NCBI RefSeq assembly: GCF_011386835.1
Contig: NC_088796.1
Coordinates: forward strand, 111,910,001-111,974,000
Origin: Chrysemys picta bellii
Taxonomy: Eukaryota
Direction of reading: 5' to 3'
DNA: 64,000 nucleotides
In this document: piece after piece, positions 12,256 to 25,141 of the stretch
Numbering within the stretch: position 1 is the stretch's first letter
Layout of the letters: each line of letters opens with the position of its first letter
Notes under the pieces: generated by a model
What the model was told of the DNA's origin: nothing
The model's database searches: none
What the model saw: only the letters and a program-made list of their open reading frames with translations
Position numbers and translations under genes: made by a program

Positions 12256-14307
12256 GTTGTTACAAACCATTCATCAAATGATTTTGCATATCAAACAAAT
12301 CCATAAAATTCTGAACACCCATTCCTGATCTCTCTCACTTTGGCATAAAGCAGGAAGAACATCATCAAAAGCATTACACAAGTGTAAAACTGATGCAAGT
12401 CAGAGTAGAATTAGACTGAAAGACACTGCATGAAATTCAGAAAAGGGGGGGCGGGAATGGGTTAATCAAATAAATGGTTTCCTGCAAACCCTTTTTCATA
12501 GCTTTACTCATAATGGCTCTAGCTGGATAAGGAGGGCCCCTGTAACCCAATGAGCAGGTAGGTGGAATCAATTTAGGAGACTGAGCCATTGTCAACATTT
12601 AAAAGGGTTTAATGCTACAGGCACACCAGTAGAACTATACTAGCAACCTTCCCCCCCCCCCCCCCAAGTGATGATGCAGCTTATGTCAGCTCCTCAAATG
12701 GAATAAGCTACATACAAGCAAAAGGACTTTTTTTGCCATATATACAATGTCCACAATAGGGCTTTTTATCGCGTAGATATGTTGGTAGGGAGTTTGATTT
12801 GAAGACACTCCTTACTGACATATGACAGAGGCAATATCTCAAAAACTACCATTTCAGGGAAGTATCCAAATTTATGGAGGATTTCAAAGATAGAATAAAA
12901 CTTTGTGACGTTCGCCATTGCTAATTTGAGAGTTCATCTCAAAAGAGCCATGTTCTGGTTGTTAGTGGCTAAAATCATTGTGGTATTTGGCTTCCCAATC
13001 ACTGAGCCTTTATCAACAATGTAATAAAAGTACAGAAGTCAGCTTAGTGCTGCATTCATCACTAGTTGCTGCATCTATGTTTGTGTTATTCTGCAGAGAA
13101 CAAACCCATTTTTCACAAAATACACTAGACTCAGATAGAACATGACTGTGTTACATCTTAGTTAATTTTCCATTAGGGCTGGGAGCTGTTGATTTAGTCA
13201 TTTGGACAGGGTGAAATGAGTCTTGCTAAATGGAAGCTGAATCAGTCCATCACTAGAATTGGCAGAATTTTTTTTTCATGGGAAAAATGGCCTTTTAAAA
13301 AAAATGGTTTGTGGACAAAAATGTCAGTATTGCTTTTTTTAATTTGTGTGTAAGTTTATGCCCTTTCCCCCTTGGTATATTTTTCAAAATGTTTAGCCAA
13401 ATCCCAGTTTTCAGTTAAAAAAATAGAAAAACCTTATGAAAGTCTAAAAAAAAAAAGGGCAAAAAATTAAATCAACTTGAAATGTCAACATTTTGATGAA
13501 AGTAGTTTTTCATTTGATACTATGCATCACTGAACAGACTCTGAGGGATGTAAACTCCCAAGCTTCAGTAATTCCTGGAGTAAATGACTATTCTTTCTCA
13601 ATCCAGTGAATATCTTGCTCCAGATCTTTGAACTTGCATATGTGCATGAACCCCAAACTTATAGGCTGTTTTTGCAAGCATCTTCCACTTGCAGTGTATG
13701 CCTGCTCTCAATGTTAAAAATGTGCAACAAATCCCAGTTCTGCACAGCAGTACATATATTTAGTCATTCTGAAAATCTATACCCACTCTGGGGTAAATCT
13801 TTAAAATGATGCATCAGCGTTGTTTCTGCAAACGTGCAGTTCTGCATACATAAAAAGAAAATGTGAACTCATTTATATTTTCAATAAATGTTGCATATGA
13901 ATGTAAAACAATTCCATCCCTAAATGACAAATCACAAATGGATGAGCTAAAGTGTGAGGTCATTTACCCAAGGGCCAGTTTTGAAACCTTTACTTGCAGT
14001 AACGAACACTTATCTGTGCAAGAAGTTCCATTGTCTTTAAGAGTTCCACAGGGACCTTTAATCTCCCAAGTGGATTTTCAACATAGTTAAGGGATAAATT
14101 GTTCTTCAAAATATAGAGAGAGGCTTTTCACACTTCTAGCTATACGGTACTGTTCAGGCACAGTGGGGCTGGTTCAGAGGCACAATCTCCAGTGGGAGCC
14201 ATGGAAGTCATCATAGTTAAGCTTCCCATAGATGTGTCAAGAGGTTCCTTGTACATTCAGCCACTTTCCTAATTTCTGTGGAAAAGCCAGTAGCCATAGC
14301 AGTGTTA

Positions 14308-14569
14308 GGGTATGTCTACACTACAGTGGTACAGCTATGGCACTGCAGCTGTAGCACTGCTGTGTAGATGCTTCCTACAGCAAGATAAGGGTTTTTTCCA
14401 TTAATGTAGGTCATCTACCTGTCCGAGAGTTAGTAGAATACTTCTGTCAATCGAGTTGCTTCTACAGTGAGGGTTAGGTTGACCTAACCATCTTGCTCAG
14501 GGCACAACATTTTTCACAGCCATGAGCAATGTAGCTATGTCGACCTATATTTTAGGTGTAGACCAGGCC
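14308..14569. mobile_element. Harbinger-type MITE
   Basis: Termini GGGTATGTCTACACTAC / GGTGTAGACCAGGCC flanked by TTA and TAA; same terminal motif as the large element at 27221-32211. Confidence 0.85.
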
Positions 14570-15463
14570 TAAGTCTCACCTGCTCCCCACAATCTCTGAG
14601 TGTAAGGATTGCACTTGTGGCTACAAGGGGATGAGCACCCTCAATTCAACAAGGCCAATGAACTCAAATTAAGGTGGCAATGTGAGAAACAGCCTACGTT
14701 CTTGGTTCAGATGCAGTTGGACGGAACGAAAGCTAGGGTCAGTACAGTGGGGGGCTGGGGGGGGATTGATTCCAAATCAGAGTCAGGAGAGTCACTCCTC
14801 AAATGCCTATTCTGGAGGGAGTGAAAGGAATGTGGGGGAGAAACAGAAATGTGTTCTAACCGGTTTGCCCATTCCTGGCCGAAAGCTAAATTGAAACTGC
14901 TACAATTAACAATTTTTGTTGTAACAGTGAATATGTGCTCAGATAGGGTGTTAGTCACAAGGAATGGCAGTTTAGAACTGTTAATTTATATGTTAAAAAG
15001 TTCCTTTTAATTAGAGCTGGATGAAAACTTTCCCATGCAAAGCAAACCTGACACATTTTGGCTTCTTTCCATGCTGGCAAAAAGAACGTGGGTGGGTGGG
15101 GGGAATAAAATCACATTTTTTCATGTTTAGTTTAATTTAAGGGTTAAAGAAAAAAAAACGAGGAAAAATGGCCTGATTCTCCTATTACTCACACCAGTAT
15201 AAATGAAGAGTGATGCTATGAAAGTCAATGGAGTTGCACATGGGTAAAACTTGACTGACTGTGAGGAGAATCAGGTTCAAAATGTGTGCACCCCAGTGAG
15301 GGGAACAAGTCTCAAGTCTGGCCAGTCTGGGAGGAATATATCAGATGCTGTGCTTGGGGCAGGGACAAAATGAGCAGAACAAATGGGAAAGTAGGTGGGA
15401 AAATCAAGAAGAAGAAACATTTGAGACTGGATTCACTGGTCTGCCACAATCACTTTGTGCCAC

Positions 15464-16904
15464 TTAGACCAAATACACCCCCATATTCAAGTCCTACACA
15501 CCATTGTAATAATCTTTGTATAAAATATGCTTTGTAAGGTATCATTTGAAAACCAATAACTTGCTGGTCAGTAGTATTATGGTGAAATGTATGTAGCAAC
15601 ATTATATGTAAAATTATAACCCCCCCCACCAAATGATGTCGGTAGCACATGTTCAAACCCATGTAGTCCCTATTAGGCAGGTCTGGTCAAGCAAGTCTTA
15701 AACAAAGGAATGTGTGTTTACCTCAATTTACATATAAAGTAGTAAACAAGGTCGTGGAAACAGCAAGAGGGAGACCAGGCAAATCTGCATTTTAGCAAAC
15801 AACAGCATGAAACTTCTTTTATCACAAGACCCCATATCTCCATCCTTGCAGCTGGAAGGAACTTTATCTAGGGGTAACCCTCAGGAAAATGCATTTCAAA
15901 GGGTGACTGAACTAGAAGGGTATGTCTACATTGCAATTAGACATCTGTGGCTGGCCAGTGCCAGCTACCTCAGGGTCACAGGGCTTGGGCTGTGGGGCTG
16001 TTTAATTGCAGCATATACTTCTGGGCTTGAGGACCCTGCAGGGTGGGAGGGTCCCAGAGCTTGGGCTGCACCCCAAGCCCAGTAATCTACACTGCAATTA
16101 AACAACCCCACAGCCTGAGCCCTGCAAGCCTGATTCAGCTGGCATGGGACAGTTGCAGGTTTTTAATTACAGTATAAACATATCCTAAAAATGAGGGACA
16201 AAAATGCCTCAAGTTCTCTCTCCCTATCCATCTCTCTCTTTTCCACCAAAGATGACAGAAGAAACAATCTATGGACTTTGGGGGCAGAAACTGACCTGAA
16301 ATTTGGTCAGTCCTGTTGCTGGGAACATGTGGTAAGAATTTCTCCTTGAACCAAGTCTAGTTTGGCAAGCATTTTATCTTTATTTCTCTTGTAACTATAT
16401 CTGACTTGAATGCCTTATACTTGTACTCACTTAAAATCTATTTTTGTCGTTAAATAAACTTGTTTTATTCTTTCATTAAAACTAATCCAGTGTTGTCTTT
16501 AAACTGAACTGGGTGAGTAATTCCATTTATGGTAGCAAACTATTGTGCATTGATCCCCTTAGAGGGGAAATAAACCTAATATATCTGGACTGTCCGGGAG
16601 AGGGATGAACAGTGCAAAACATGTTTTTTGTGGAAAATTCAGGACTAGAAGTGTGTTGGGATCATCCTGCAAGTAGGAACCAAGGCTGCTGGAAGTCAGA
16701 GTGTGGCTGGTGTTTGCTCACAGGCTACTGGGGTCAGGGCTGGGACTATACACAGACACTGAAGGCGTAACCTTCCTGCCATTTGGTTCTTTGTGACGAG
16801 CCCAGGTTGGGAGCTACAGCAGCAAAGCATTGTGAGGTACCCCAGGTTGCAGAGCAGAGGGGGACAGCCCCTCACTGGTCTGGATTGCACCCCAGAGTGT
16901 GTCA
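15464..16904 (+). mobile_element. Probable solo LTR (~1.2 kb plus a nested MITE)
   Basis: Ends ...CCCCAGAGTGTGTCA; GCCAC at 15459-15463 and 16905-16909 is a candidate 5-bp TSD; AATAAA at 16453; left terminus reads TT rather than TG. Confidence 0.55.
15918..16185. mobile_element. Harbinger-type MITE nested in the LTR
   Basis: GGGTATGTCTACATTGC ... degenerate ACAGTATAAACATATCC followed by TAA. Confidence 0.7.
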
Positions 16905-19900
16905 GCCACTTACACAACATAGAGCAAGACTAAAATGGCAGGAGAGTACCCCTGGTGTGAGTGAAAGGAGGAGACCTGTCACGGATGCAAAGGAAGTGCT
17001 GGAGCAAGGCTGTGTTATGCCAGATTCTTTGCTGTTGCGGAACCTCACTCCAGTAATGTAAATTAGAGGTGTCCCCCTTCTGTTTAACAGCACCAGGGGC
17101 CAGGTGACTAAGAATCAGAGTTTGATTGCAGTGGAGAATCCAGCCCATTGACTACTCTGGTAAAGCTAATAATTTAAATCAGGTAAGAATTAGTGCTGGG
17201 CTAGATCCTCAGCTGGTGTAAATCAGAAAAGCCTCACTGACTTCACTGGAACCACCCCTATTTAGAATGGTAAAAATGACTTGCTGAGTTGGGTTTCATT
17301 TAGGAATGCCTAAGCTTCTGAGGTGACTGAGGCACAGCCTCTATGGCTAACCAAATTCCAACAGGTTTTTGGATTAAAATAAAATATACTGAAACTCAAT
17401 TACTTCCTGCTACCCACCCCTAGCAAATATGCTGGGAAAGACTCTTGTGTCGTACCTATCCAGATAAGTACCTTACCTAAACTACAGCAATGAAGTTATT
17501 CCTTTCACCAAGACAACTACCCTGAGACTCTAATCCTTCGTATTTATATCCATCCAACTGCTCTTTCTGTCAGGAGATCTTCCTTTGGCTTGAATACAAT
17601 GTTCTGTCACTTCTCCTGTTTGGCTACAAACTGATTCTCCACCACTTGCACCATTTGTGGCTGTGCAAAGTAGAGGCAATGTGTCACCATTCTGGTTTAG
17701 TGGATTTCAGCACCCATTTTGCACTGGTGTGAATGGCTACACAAGGAAGTGGGAAATCATGCTTTCATCTTTTTTAACCTAGTCCTAGGACTTTATTCTC
17801 CATTCAGTTTCTTTATGTTGATGAAACTCCATGGAGAAAATCAGGCCCTTCCCCCTTTAGGGAAAGCTTTTCAAAAGCACAAAGGACAATGGTTAGGCAC
17901 TGAGTTGGGTGTCTAACTATCTGAGCCTTTCAGAATCTCCCCTTTAGCCCCTAACTATGGAATTAGGTGCCTGACTCTTAGGCACCCAGGCAAAGTTGGT
18001 CAAAATGCTGCCTTAAAAAACAAAATTGGCCAGAAAGTGTTTTTTTCAACTAAACAGAAATTTTCACATACATACAAACACTCACCCTCACACACAAATC
18101 ATTTTTTGTACTAAAGCTTTGTTGAAAAACCCCAAACCAATTTTTTTTCAAATTTCAGATTTTTTTCATTTTTCAATAATAAAATAATAGTAATAAAACA
18201 AACAAAAAACCCAAAGAAAGTGATTGTCGTTTACTTCAAAAAAATTGGGGGGAGGAGGGAAAGCAAATGTCCTAACTAGCTCTACCCTCACATTTGAAAA
18301 ACGTGGCAAGTGTTTTTATTTTAAATTGAAACAATGAGGAAGCCTTTGCCGCTAAGTACCCCCGTTTCCTTTTTAGTAACTATGGCAGCCTTTGCAAACA
18401 CTCTAAAATGGTGGCCACTCTTTGTAGACTGCCCTGTCTATGTGGATCCCTGCTGCTGCTGCTAAGTGTCACACTCAGAAAAAGTGTCTCTTTTTTTTCT
18501 AGCCTTTCACTGTGATCTAAGTGTTTGCTTTACAGCATTGCTTCAAATTTCTAATCTGAGGCTAATTAAATGTCGTCACTTACAAAAGCCATGGGTGTGA
18601 TCCTCAAGGAACACGGCAGTTCTGTGAGTGTGTGAAAAATGAAATCAGACAATGAAAATAGCCTACGGCACTGAGAGCTATAAGGCCAAATTATCTGCGG
18701 GTGTCAGTGCATTGATTTTGGTGGAGTTGTGCCAGCAGAGAATTTGTCTCAAACAGTCATTTTGAGAGTGAGTGAAATATAAGCAAACGTGTATTAACAA
18801 CCGCCTGTCTAACATATGACATTGGGAGGGTTAGACTTGACTCACCCTTGTCCATTGTGCTATAAAGGTCACAAGAGGCCTTCTCCCATTACGCCCCCTA
18901 TGAAGGGCAAGTCAGTTGCTGGTCCTCTTACCACCGCCTGGTATACTAGTCCCTCCACTCCAGCCAGCTGAGCTGGCCAGCTGCAGATAGAGGAGCAAAA
19001 AAAGGGCTGGTGCAGCACTCACACTCCTCTTGTGTTTTATGGCACAATCCTTCCCAGAGCTCTCCTTGCTTGGGGTGATGCAATTATACACTCTCCCAAA
19101 CTGGGTCACTGTCCATTGGGCAAAATCAGTCCCTAAAAGCGTAAGCCCGCTCCCCAAAGCACTTGAAATTTCATGTACTGTAGTATGACAGTAACTTTGA
19201 ATTATACTTCCAGCAGGTTACATTGGGGTTCTGCCTTGGCTCATGAAGGAAGCAGTAGCTACTCTCCATTTCATTAATTGTGTTACAGTAGTTCCCTTTC
19301 ACCTTATTCACTTTGATTCTCTGGTTCTTAGACCCTCTAAGTCAGGAAAGGGAAGTCACTTGTCCCTGGCAGTGTACGTGCATCCCCAAGAAACATAGTG
19401 TATTCTGCTCCTTTAATTATCATGTCTCTCCAAAATGAAGGCTTTTGTTAATTCAAGCTGCAGTCCTTTAGCATTACAGGAGGAAAGCTTTGATATGGAA
19501 TAATAAAAGCTATTGCAGATCTGAAATTGTACAGCTCGATCTGCGGTAGCAACGTAGGAGATGAATGCATTTGTTTTCTCTGACCTTATCAGGTTAAGTT
19601 AATAGCCTTGGTAAAATTAATCTAAATATCTCTATCAAAATTACTCGTGGTTATTTCCAGCCTGAGAGGAGAACCAAATGAGAATTTAATTTTTAAGAGA
19701 ATTTCATTTTCTAGTCAAAGGGGATCACAATTACAGAGAATCAGATGACTGACTTTTCTTCCTTAAATTCTATACAGTACGCAGGGGACTCTGTACAATG
19801 GCTTGGCACAGCATACGGGGAAAATGTATTCAAAGGTCATTGCTAACAAAAGCCTGAACTGGTTTATTGTACCTCTGTTGGCAAAAGAATGCCCTTCCTT

Positions 19901-20941
19901 CCCTGTTATGCAGAGGATAGGAAATGGCACAGTATGTGCATGCATGTATGTACTGTCTGTGTACAGTAGGTGAGCAATGGAGATCATACACTATCCCTGA
20001 ATAATGAAATGCAGCTATTTGAATGGCGAGCCATCATTTTTTTCCCTGTAGCTATATTAGCCGCATGACTTCAAACCCTTTCTCCAAAGTCATGAAACAG
20101 CATTTGGAACGGAGCCCAAGGAAGCACGGACTCTATTCTTGTTCACACAGCTTCACACATTTAAATGTAAATGTCTCATCTGGGGGGGGGGGGGGGGAAG
20201 GGGGGAAGGGAAGAGAACAGCAAACTTTTCACTTAGCATTTATTTTAGTTAAGGACATCTAAGATAATCAAAGTATGCTTTGGAAAGAAAGTTAGTGACA
20301 ATAACAGATTATCTAAAGAGTGTCTGAAATCTGTGCCCACTCTTGCACAAATCAGAACACCCACAGTGAACGGAAGCCTGAATTATGTAAGAAAGGGTCA
20401 TCTGCTGGCATCAGAACACCCTGTGACTTCTGGGAAGCTATTTTTTTTATATACTGTGTGTGGGTGTGAAGGTGGGTGGGAAGAGATCACCTCTTTAGTT
20501 AATGATGCTGTATGAGACAAGCAGGAGGGTTACACAAGCATATTGAAATGACTCTGCTTTGTATAGTATACTTCGTAATGAGCATAATCATGAGTGCCCA
20601 ACACATTGTCTACATTGGAACTTGTATATGCAGCACACGGCTACTATTGCTCAGAGATTTTAAAGGAGCATTCACCAATCCAAAGGAGATTTATGGGTTT
20701 CTTCCATATGCATCTTATCTTGCTTATGCCCACATGGACACAGAAATAACCTTGTATATATATATTTTTTCAGCATTTTGCCCTTGTCTGTTCACCACTA
20801 GCCCTGAGAGCCCCAATTTATGTAACTAATCCCTTGATGTAAAGTACGTATAGACCCACACAAATAACTTGTAACATCTAATTAAACTAAATTGTAATCA
20901 ACAGACTTTATCGTTCGACTACTGTGTACCAGGGAAGCTTT

Positions 20942-21137
20942 NNNNNNNNNNNNNNNNNNNNNNNNNNNNNNNNNNNNNNNNNNNNNNNNNNNNNNNNNNN
21001 NNNNNNNNNNNNNNNNNNNNNNNNNNNNNNNNNNNNNNNNNNNNNNNNNNNNNNNNNNNNNNNNNNNNNNNNNNNNNNNNNNNNNNNNNNNNNNNNNNNN
21101 NNNNNNNNNNNNNNNNNNNNNNNNNNNNNNNNNNNNN
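20942..21137. other. Assembly gap (196 N)
   Basis: Run of N in the sequence. Confidence 1.
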
Positions 21138-22418
21138 CAAAAGGCATTTCCCTACGCTTCATCAGAAACAGCTGAAATTAAAGAAGGCAGCACTGTTACA
21201 TTTTTGACAGTTTTGTAACACCAACTTGTTAAAGTTTTAACTCAGCCATTAATATAGCTTATGAATTATTAATACAATTTCTATGTCATGAATTTAAAAA
21301 AAAACTGGAGGTTTGAGCCTGGAGTATAAATGCTCTGGGAAAGAGAGTTCTTTTTTCCCCCCTTTTATTTTTTGATCTGCTTTTGAAACAAAACACACCC
21401 ATTTAATTTGAGTAAAGGGGAGGGAAAGTCTCCAGCTAGTATTTGCAATGAGTTTGTCTAAAGATTGCAAGTCCCAAACCAAGCTCTTTTTACTGGCAAC
21501 AATTTTTTTCCCCTGAGCTGTGGAGATAAATGTGTTTGTTTGAAGTAATAGCCTTACAAATTGATGGAATGACAAAGTGAGTGGAAGTCTCAAAAGTAAA
21601 TGTTTGTTTGGTAAAGCTCTGTAAAATATTCACCATGAAACACAAAACCACGTGAAATGCGGATGACTTCAAGTTTCATTAAAACATTGAATTTAGACCA
21701 GGGTAATTGAAACATTCAGGGATTTTTTACACAAAACTGGGCCGAGTGATGGGTTCGCATCAAAAGCATGTCAGGTCCATGGTTTTGAATGATTTCAATG
21801 TAAAACAAGGTGGAAATGTAGTTGTTTCCATTATGTTTTGGTTTTGAACACAGAACAAAATGCAAAATTTAAAGAGGTGAAAAAGTGTAGCATGGAGTGA
21901 AAATTTGGAAGAAGTCCCTAAGCCTGTTCAGTTCTTGGCCTCCCATATAAGGGAGGGTTCCAACTGTGATTTTGTGTGTGAGAGCAAGCGCACACCTGAG
22001 TGAGTGAACTGACACATCTGCACTAAGAATTGGATTGAAGCCACAATGTCTACACTGCATAGTTAGGCCTGGGGGCCAATCATCCAGGTTGATCATCTGG
22101 GGTCTCAGCACCCCCACCCCTGGAAAGCCATACCTGCATTACTGTTTCCTCAGTGTTTCTGCACTCACCCATCTGTGTCCGGGGCATAGGGTTCTTTGTG
22201 CTGAGACACTCTAGGATTCTTTCCCAGTAAACTGGGTCAATTGCTGGAGAACTTCCAGTCTTCCCCCAACTCCCTGTTTGTCTCTAACCTATACTGTGGA
22301 AGCACATATAAGAGGCTAACCGTCCGAGTGCGTACCTAGAGTCCTGGAAAGGTTTGTACAGCCCATTCTGATGCCCGTACTGTTGCAGCTTTATTGCTAC
22401 TGGTACCCAGTTTACCTT

Positions 22419-22472
22419 GGGTATGTCTACATGTGCTGCAATTACACCTCTGACTGCAGTGTAGACATATCC
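22419..22472. mobile_element. Minimal 54-bp Harbinger-type MITE
   Basis: GGGTATGTCTACA...GCAGTGTAGACATATCC followed by TAA. Confidence 0.7.
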
Positions 22473-23054
22473 TAACAGCCTACACAGATAGGTAAACTAG
22501 AAAGAAGACTGCTTCACCTTCTCTAGTATTAAGGGAGCACAGCCACCGTTCTGGCTATATCCTGTGCAGGATATTCATGGGAAGGGACTTCCTGTTTTTG
22601 TATCTCCCCTTTTCACTGTTCCTTACGGTCTGATCAGAGCAGACAGAACAATGGCTTTTAAGGTGTACCTGAAAGACCCACACCCAGTAAACAGCTTGTG
22701 TTCTCAATTTCTCTCTTTCTCAAAAGAGCACTGTCACAAGGTCTGCACCAGGTCTCCATCCTCTCGAACCTGTGCCCTGTGTTGGCTGCTTAAATAAAGA
22801 ATCCCCATGCCTTCTTCAGTGCTTCACCTTTGTGTCTTTATTTACAGTGCAACAGTGTAGTCCCCCTTATTCCCGCAACAGCTATCCCCAGTCAGCCCCT
22901 TCCCAGGGTCTCCTGGCCTGTAAGGCCCCTTGCCTTTGGTGAGGAGACAGAGATGTAAGCCTCCTATCCCCTCCCAGACGAGCCTCCTGACTGAGCTTTC
23001 TCCAGGGCTTTGATAGTCCCGCCCATCCTCATCCTAGCTGATGCTACTTAGCTC

Positions 23055-23491
23055 CAGGGCCAGCTTTGGCTTTATTGCCACCCCAAGCGAGAAAAAAAAA
23101 AAAACAACCCACGGGCGGCAAAAACCGGCAAAGCAAAAAAAAAAAAAAAACCCTTGTGGCGTGGCAGGAGCCATGGGGACTCCCTGCGCTGCAGATGGGG
23201 GGAGAGAGAGAAGGGGGGTGGCCAGGGCTTCAGCAGGGCGCTGCCACACGTCTACTCCCGCTCCGCACCACTCCCGTTGGCTGGGAGGGAAGGACGCAGG
23301 CTTCCCTGCCGGGCTTGCTGCAAAGTGCTCCCGTCCTCTGCGCCTATGCCGCCCCCTAGAGGGCAGCCAGAACAGAACACACAGGGGAAAAAAAAGCGGC
23401 CGTGCAGCCCTAGGATTGGGCGGAATGCTGCCTCGTTCAATCTGCCGCTCCAAGCACCAGCTTTCTCGGCTGGTGCCTGGAGCCGGCCCTG
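23055..23491. mobile_element. hAT (Tip100-like) MITE
   Basis: TIR CAGGGCCAGCT / AGCCGGCCCTG; perfect 8-bp TSD CTTAGCTC (23047-23054, 23492-23499); CpG-rich interior with A-runs. Confidence 0.92.
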
Positions 23492-25141
23492 CTTAGCTCA
23501 AGTCATTGCTATGAGCCGGCCCTCGTTAGGGCCTGCAGCTGAGCTCTTTGCTGGCTGCCCGGGCCCCTGCATGTGGCTTCCCTACCAGAATGCAGGGCTT
23601 GGCCAGCATTTTGGCAGGACATTCAAGCGGTTTTACCCCAGTCCTGCCAGAAGCATACACAATGAAACAATCAATACCAACGTTGTCTAATGCTAATCAG
23701 TGGTACCTCTGCCTTCTGGATACCTATGCTATGTTCGAGGTAGAGCTGGGTTTGGGGAACATCAACAAATTTCAGACACATTTTTTGAACATTTTAATGT
23801 TTCCCCTCCACCCCACCCCCAAAGTTTTTCAGAAATTAAAAAGGTCAACTATCTTTATGGCTTGTTGGCAAGCTGAAAAAAATTCCTCATGTTTTTTGGG
23901 GATGTGGATTCTTTGTCAAAAATTAAAAATATTTTGACCAGCTCTCATTAAATGTGACCATTAGTAAAGCATGTTAAAGGAATGAGAGTTAATATACAGT
24001 GCAAAGTTTTGGCATGATAAGAAAGGACCCAATGTAATCTGAAGGCCAATGTTTTCATACTTAGCTACCTAAAGTCACTGTAATAAATGGCCTGCATTTA
24101 AGAGGTGCTAAGTACTGATAGCCTACATTGACTTCAGTGAGAGTTGCTAGCGTCTTTCATCTTGAAATGGCCAATTAATTTCTTAGGATGAAAATCAGTT
24201 GTTTTCTACGGGGCTTCCTTTCTTTGGCCTTATACCTTGGTAATATTTATGAAATGCAAGTATTTAAAAACAGTAAAATAGGGACAACCATAAATTATCT
24301 ATGAAATACTGACTTGCTCCATAAACTGCACAGGTATTGAAACTGGACTTTCCTATTTTTATTTCCACCGGAATAAAAATGTACAACCTTTCAGATTATA
24401 CTTTTTCCATCGTAGTGTTTCCTGGCTATCAAAGCTATGTGAGCCAAATTCACCCCAGTAGAGCCAAATTGAGTGCAACTATTGACTTCAACGGTGAAAT
24501 TATGATTGAGTTTATTGAAATTCACTAATCCATAGTGCTGGATGCTGAATTTGCTAATTGAACTTCCAGTGAAGATACAATGCTGAGTTTGTAATCTCAC
24601 TATTATTTCCATGGGAACAAAATGCAATGTCACAAGCAGAGGCTTATTGGCATCTTTGCTGTTTGGCATGCTGCCTCCAGGGTTGCCTAGTGTCAGATAT
24701 GCCATGGGGCTACTTTGTGATTTCAGTAGAACTTGTGGGTGGGGAGAGGGGGGAGGAAGGGGCAGGGAAATCAGTGGAATGCTGCCATAATGGAGAACTA
24801 CCCGTTCTTTAGTTATGGCTACAGAAAAGGACCAATTCAAGTACAAGAAGCTGCAGCTAAGCTGTAAGAGGGCAAATGCAATCATCATCACTAATAGAAA
24901 ACAATATCCCAATATATCTGTATGGATCAGGTAACTGACAGACAAATCCAGGTGATGAATGCATGCAGCATAAAATAGATGCTAGATTAGGGATTCTTAA
25001 TCTTATTCATACTGTGGCCCACACGGTAACATGTTCATGGACCATCTCCCTTCCAGCTGGTGACCTAACAACATTCTTGTTGGAATTACAGCAATTGCTT
25101 ACATAGAAAACTAATATTAGTCAAGTATTTAAGGTATTTTA

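Noticed and set aside
20908-21175. ORFs containing X runs
   Set aside because: Artefacts of the N gap.
23034-23937. ORFs of 129-178 aa with poly-Lys or poly-Phe tracts
   Set aside because: They run through a TSD-bounded MITE and its A-runs; no domain signature.
24391-24945. 184-aa minus-strand ORF
   Set aside because: No recognisable motif, GTG start, and it crosses a palindromic repeat element; treated as a chance ORF.
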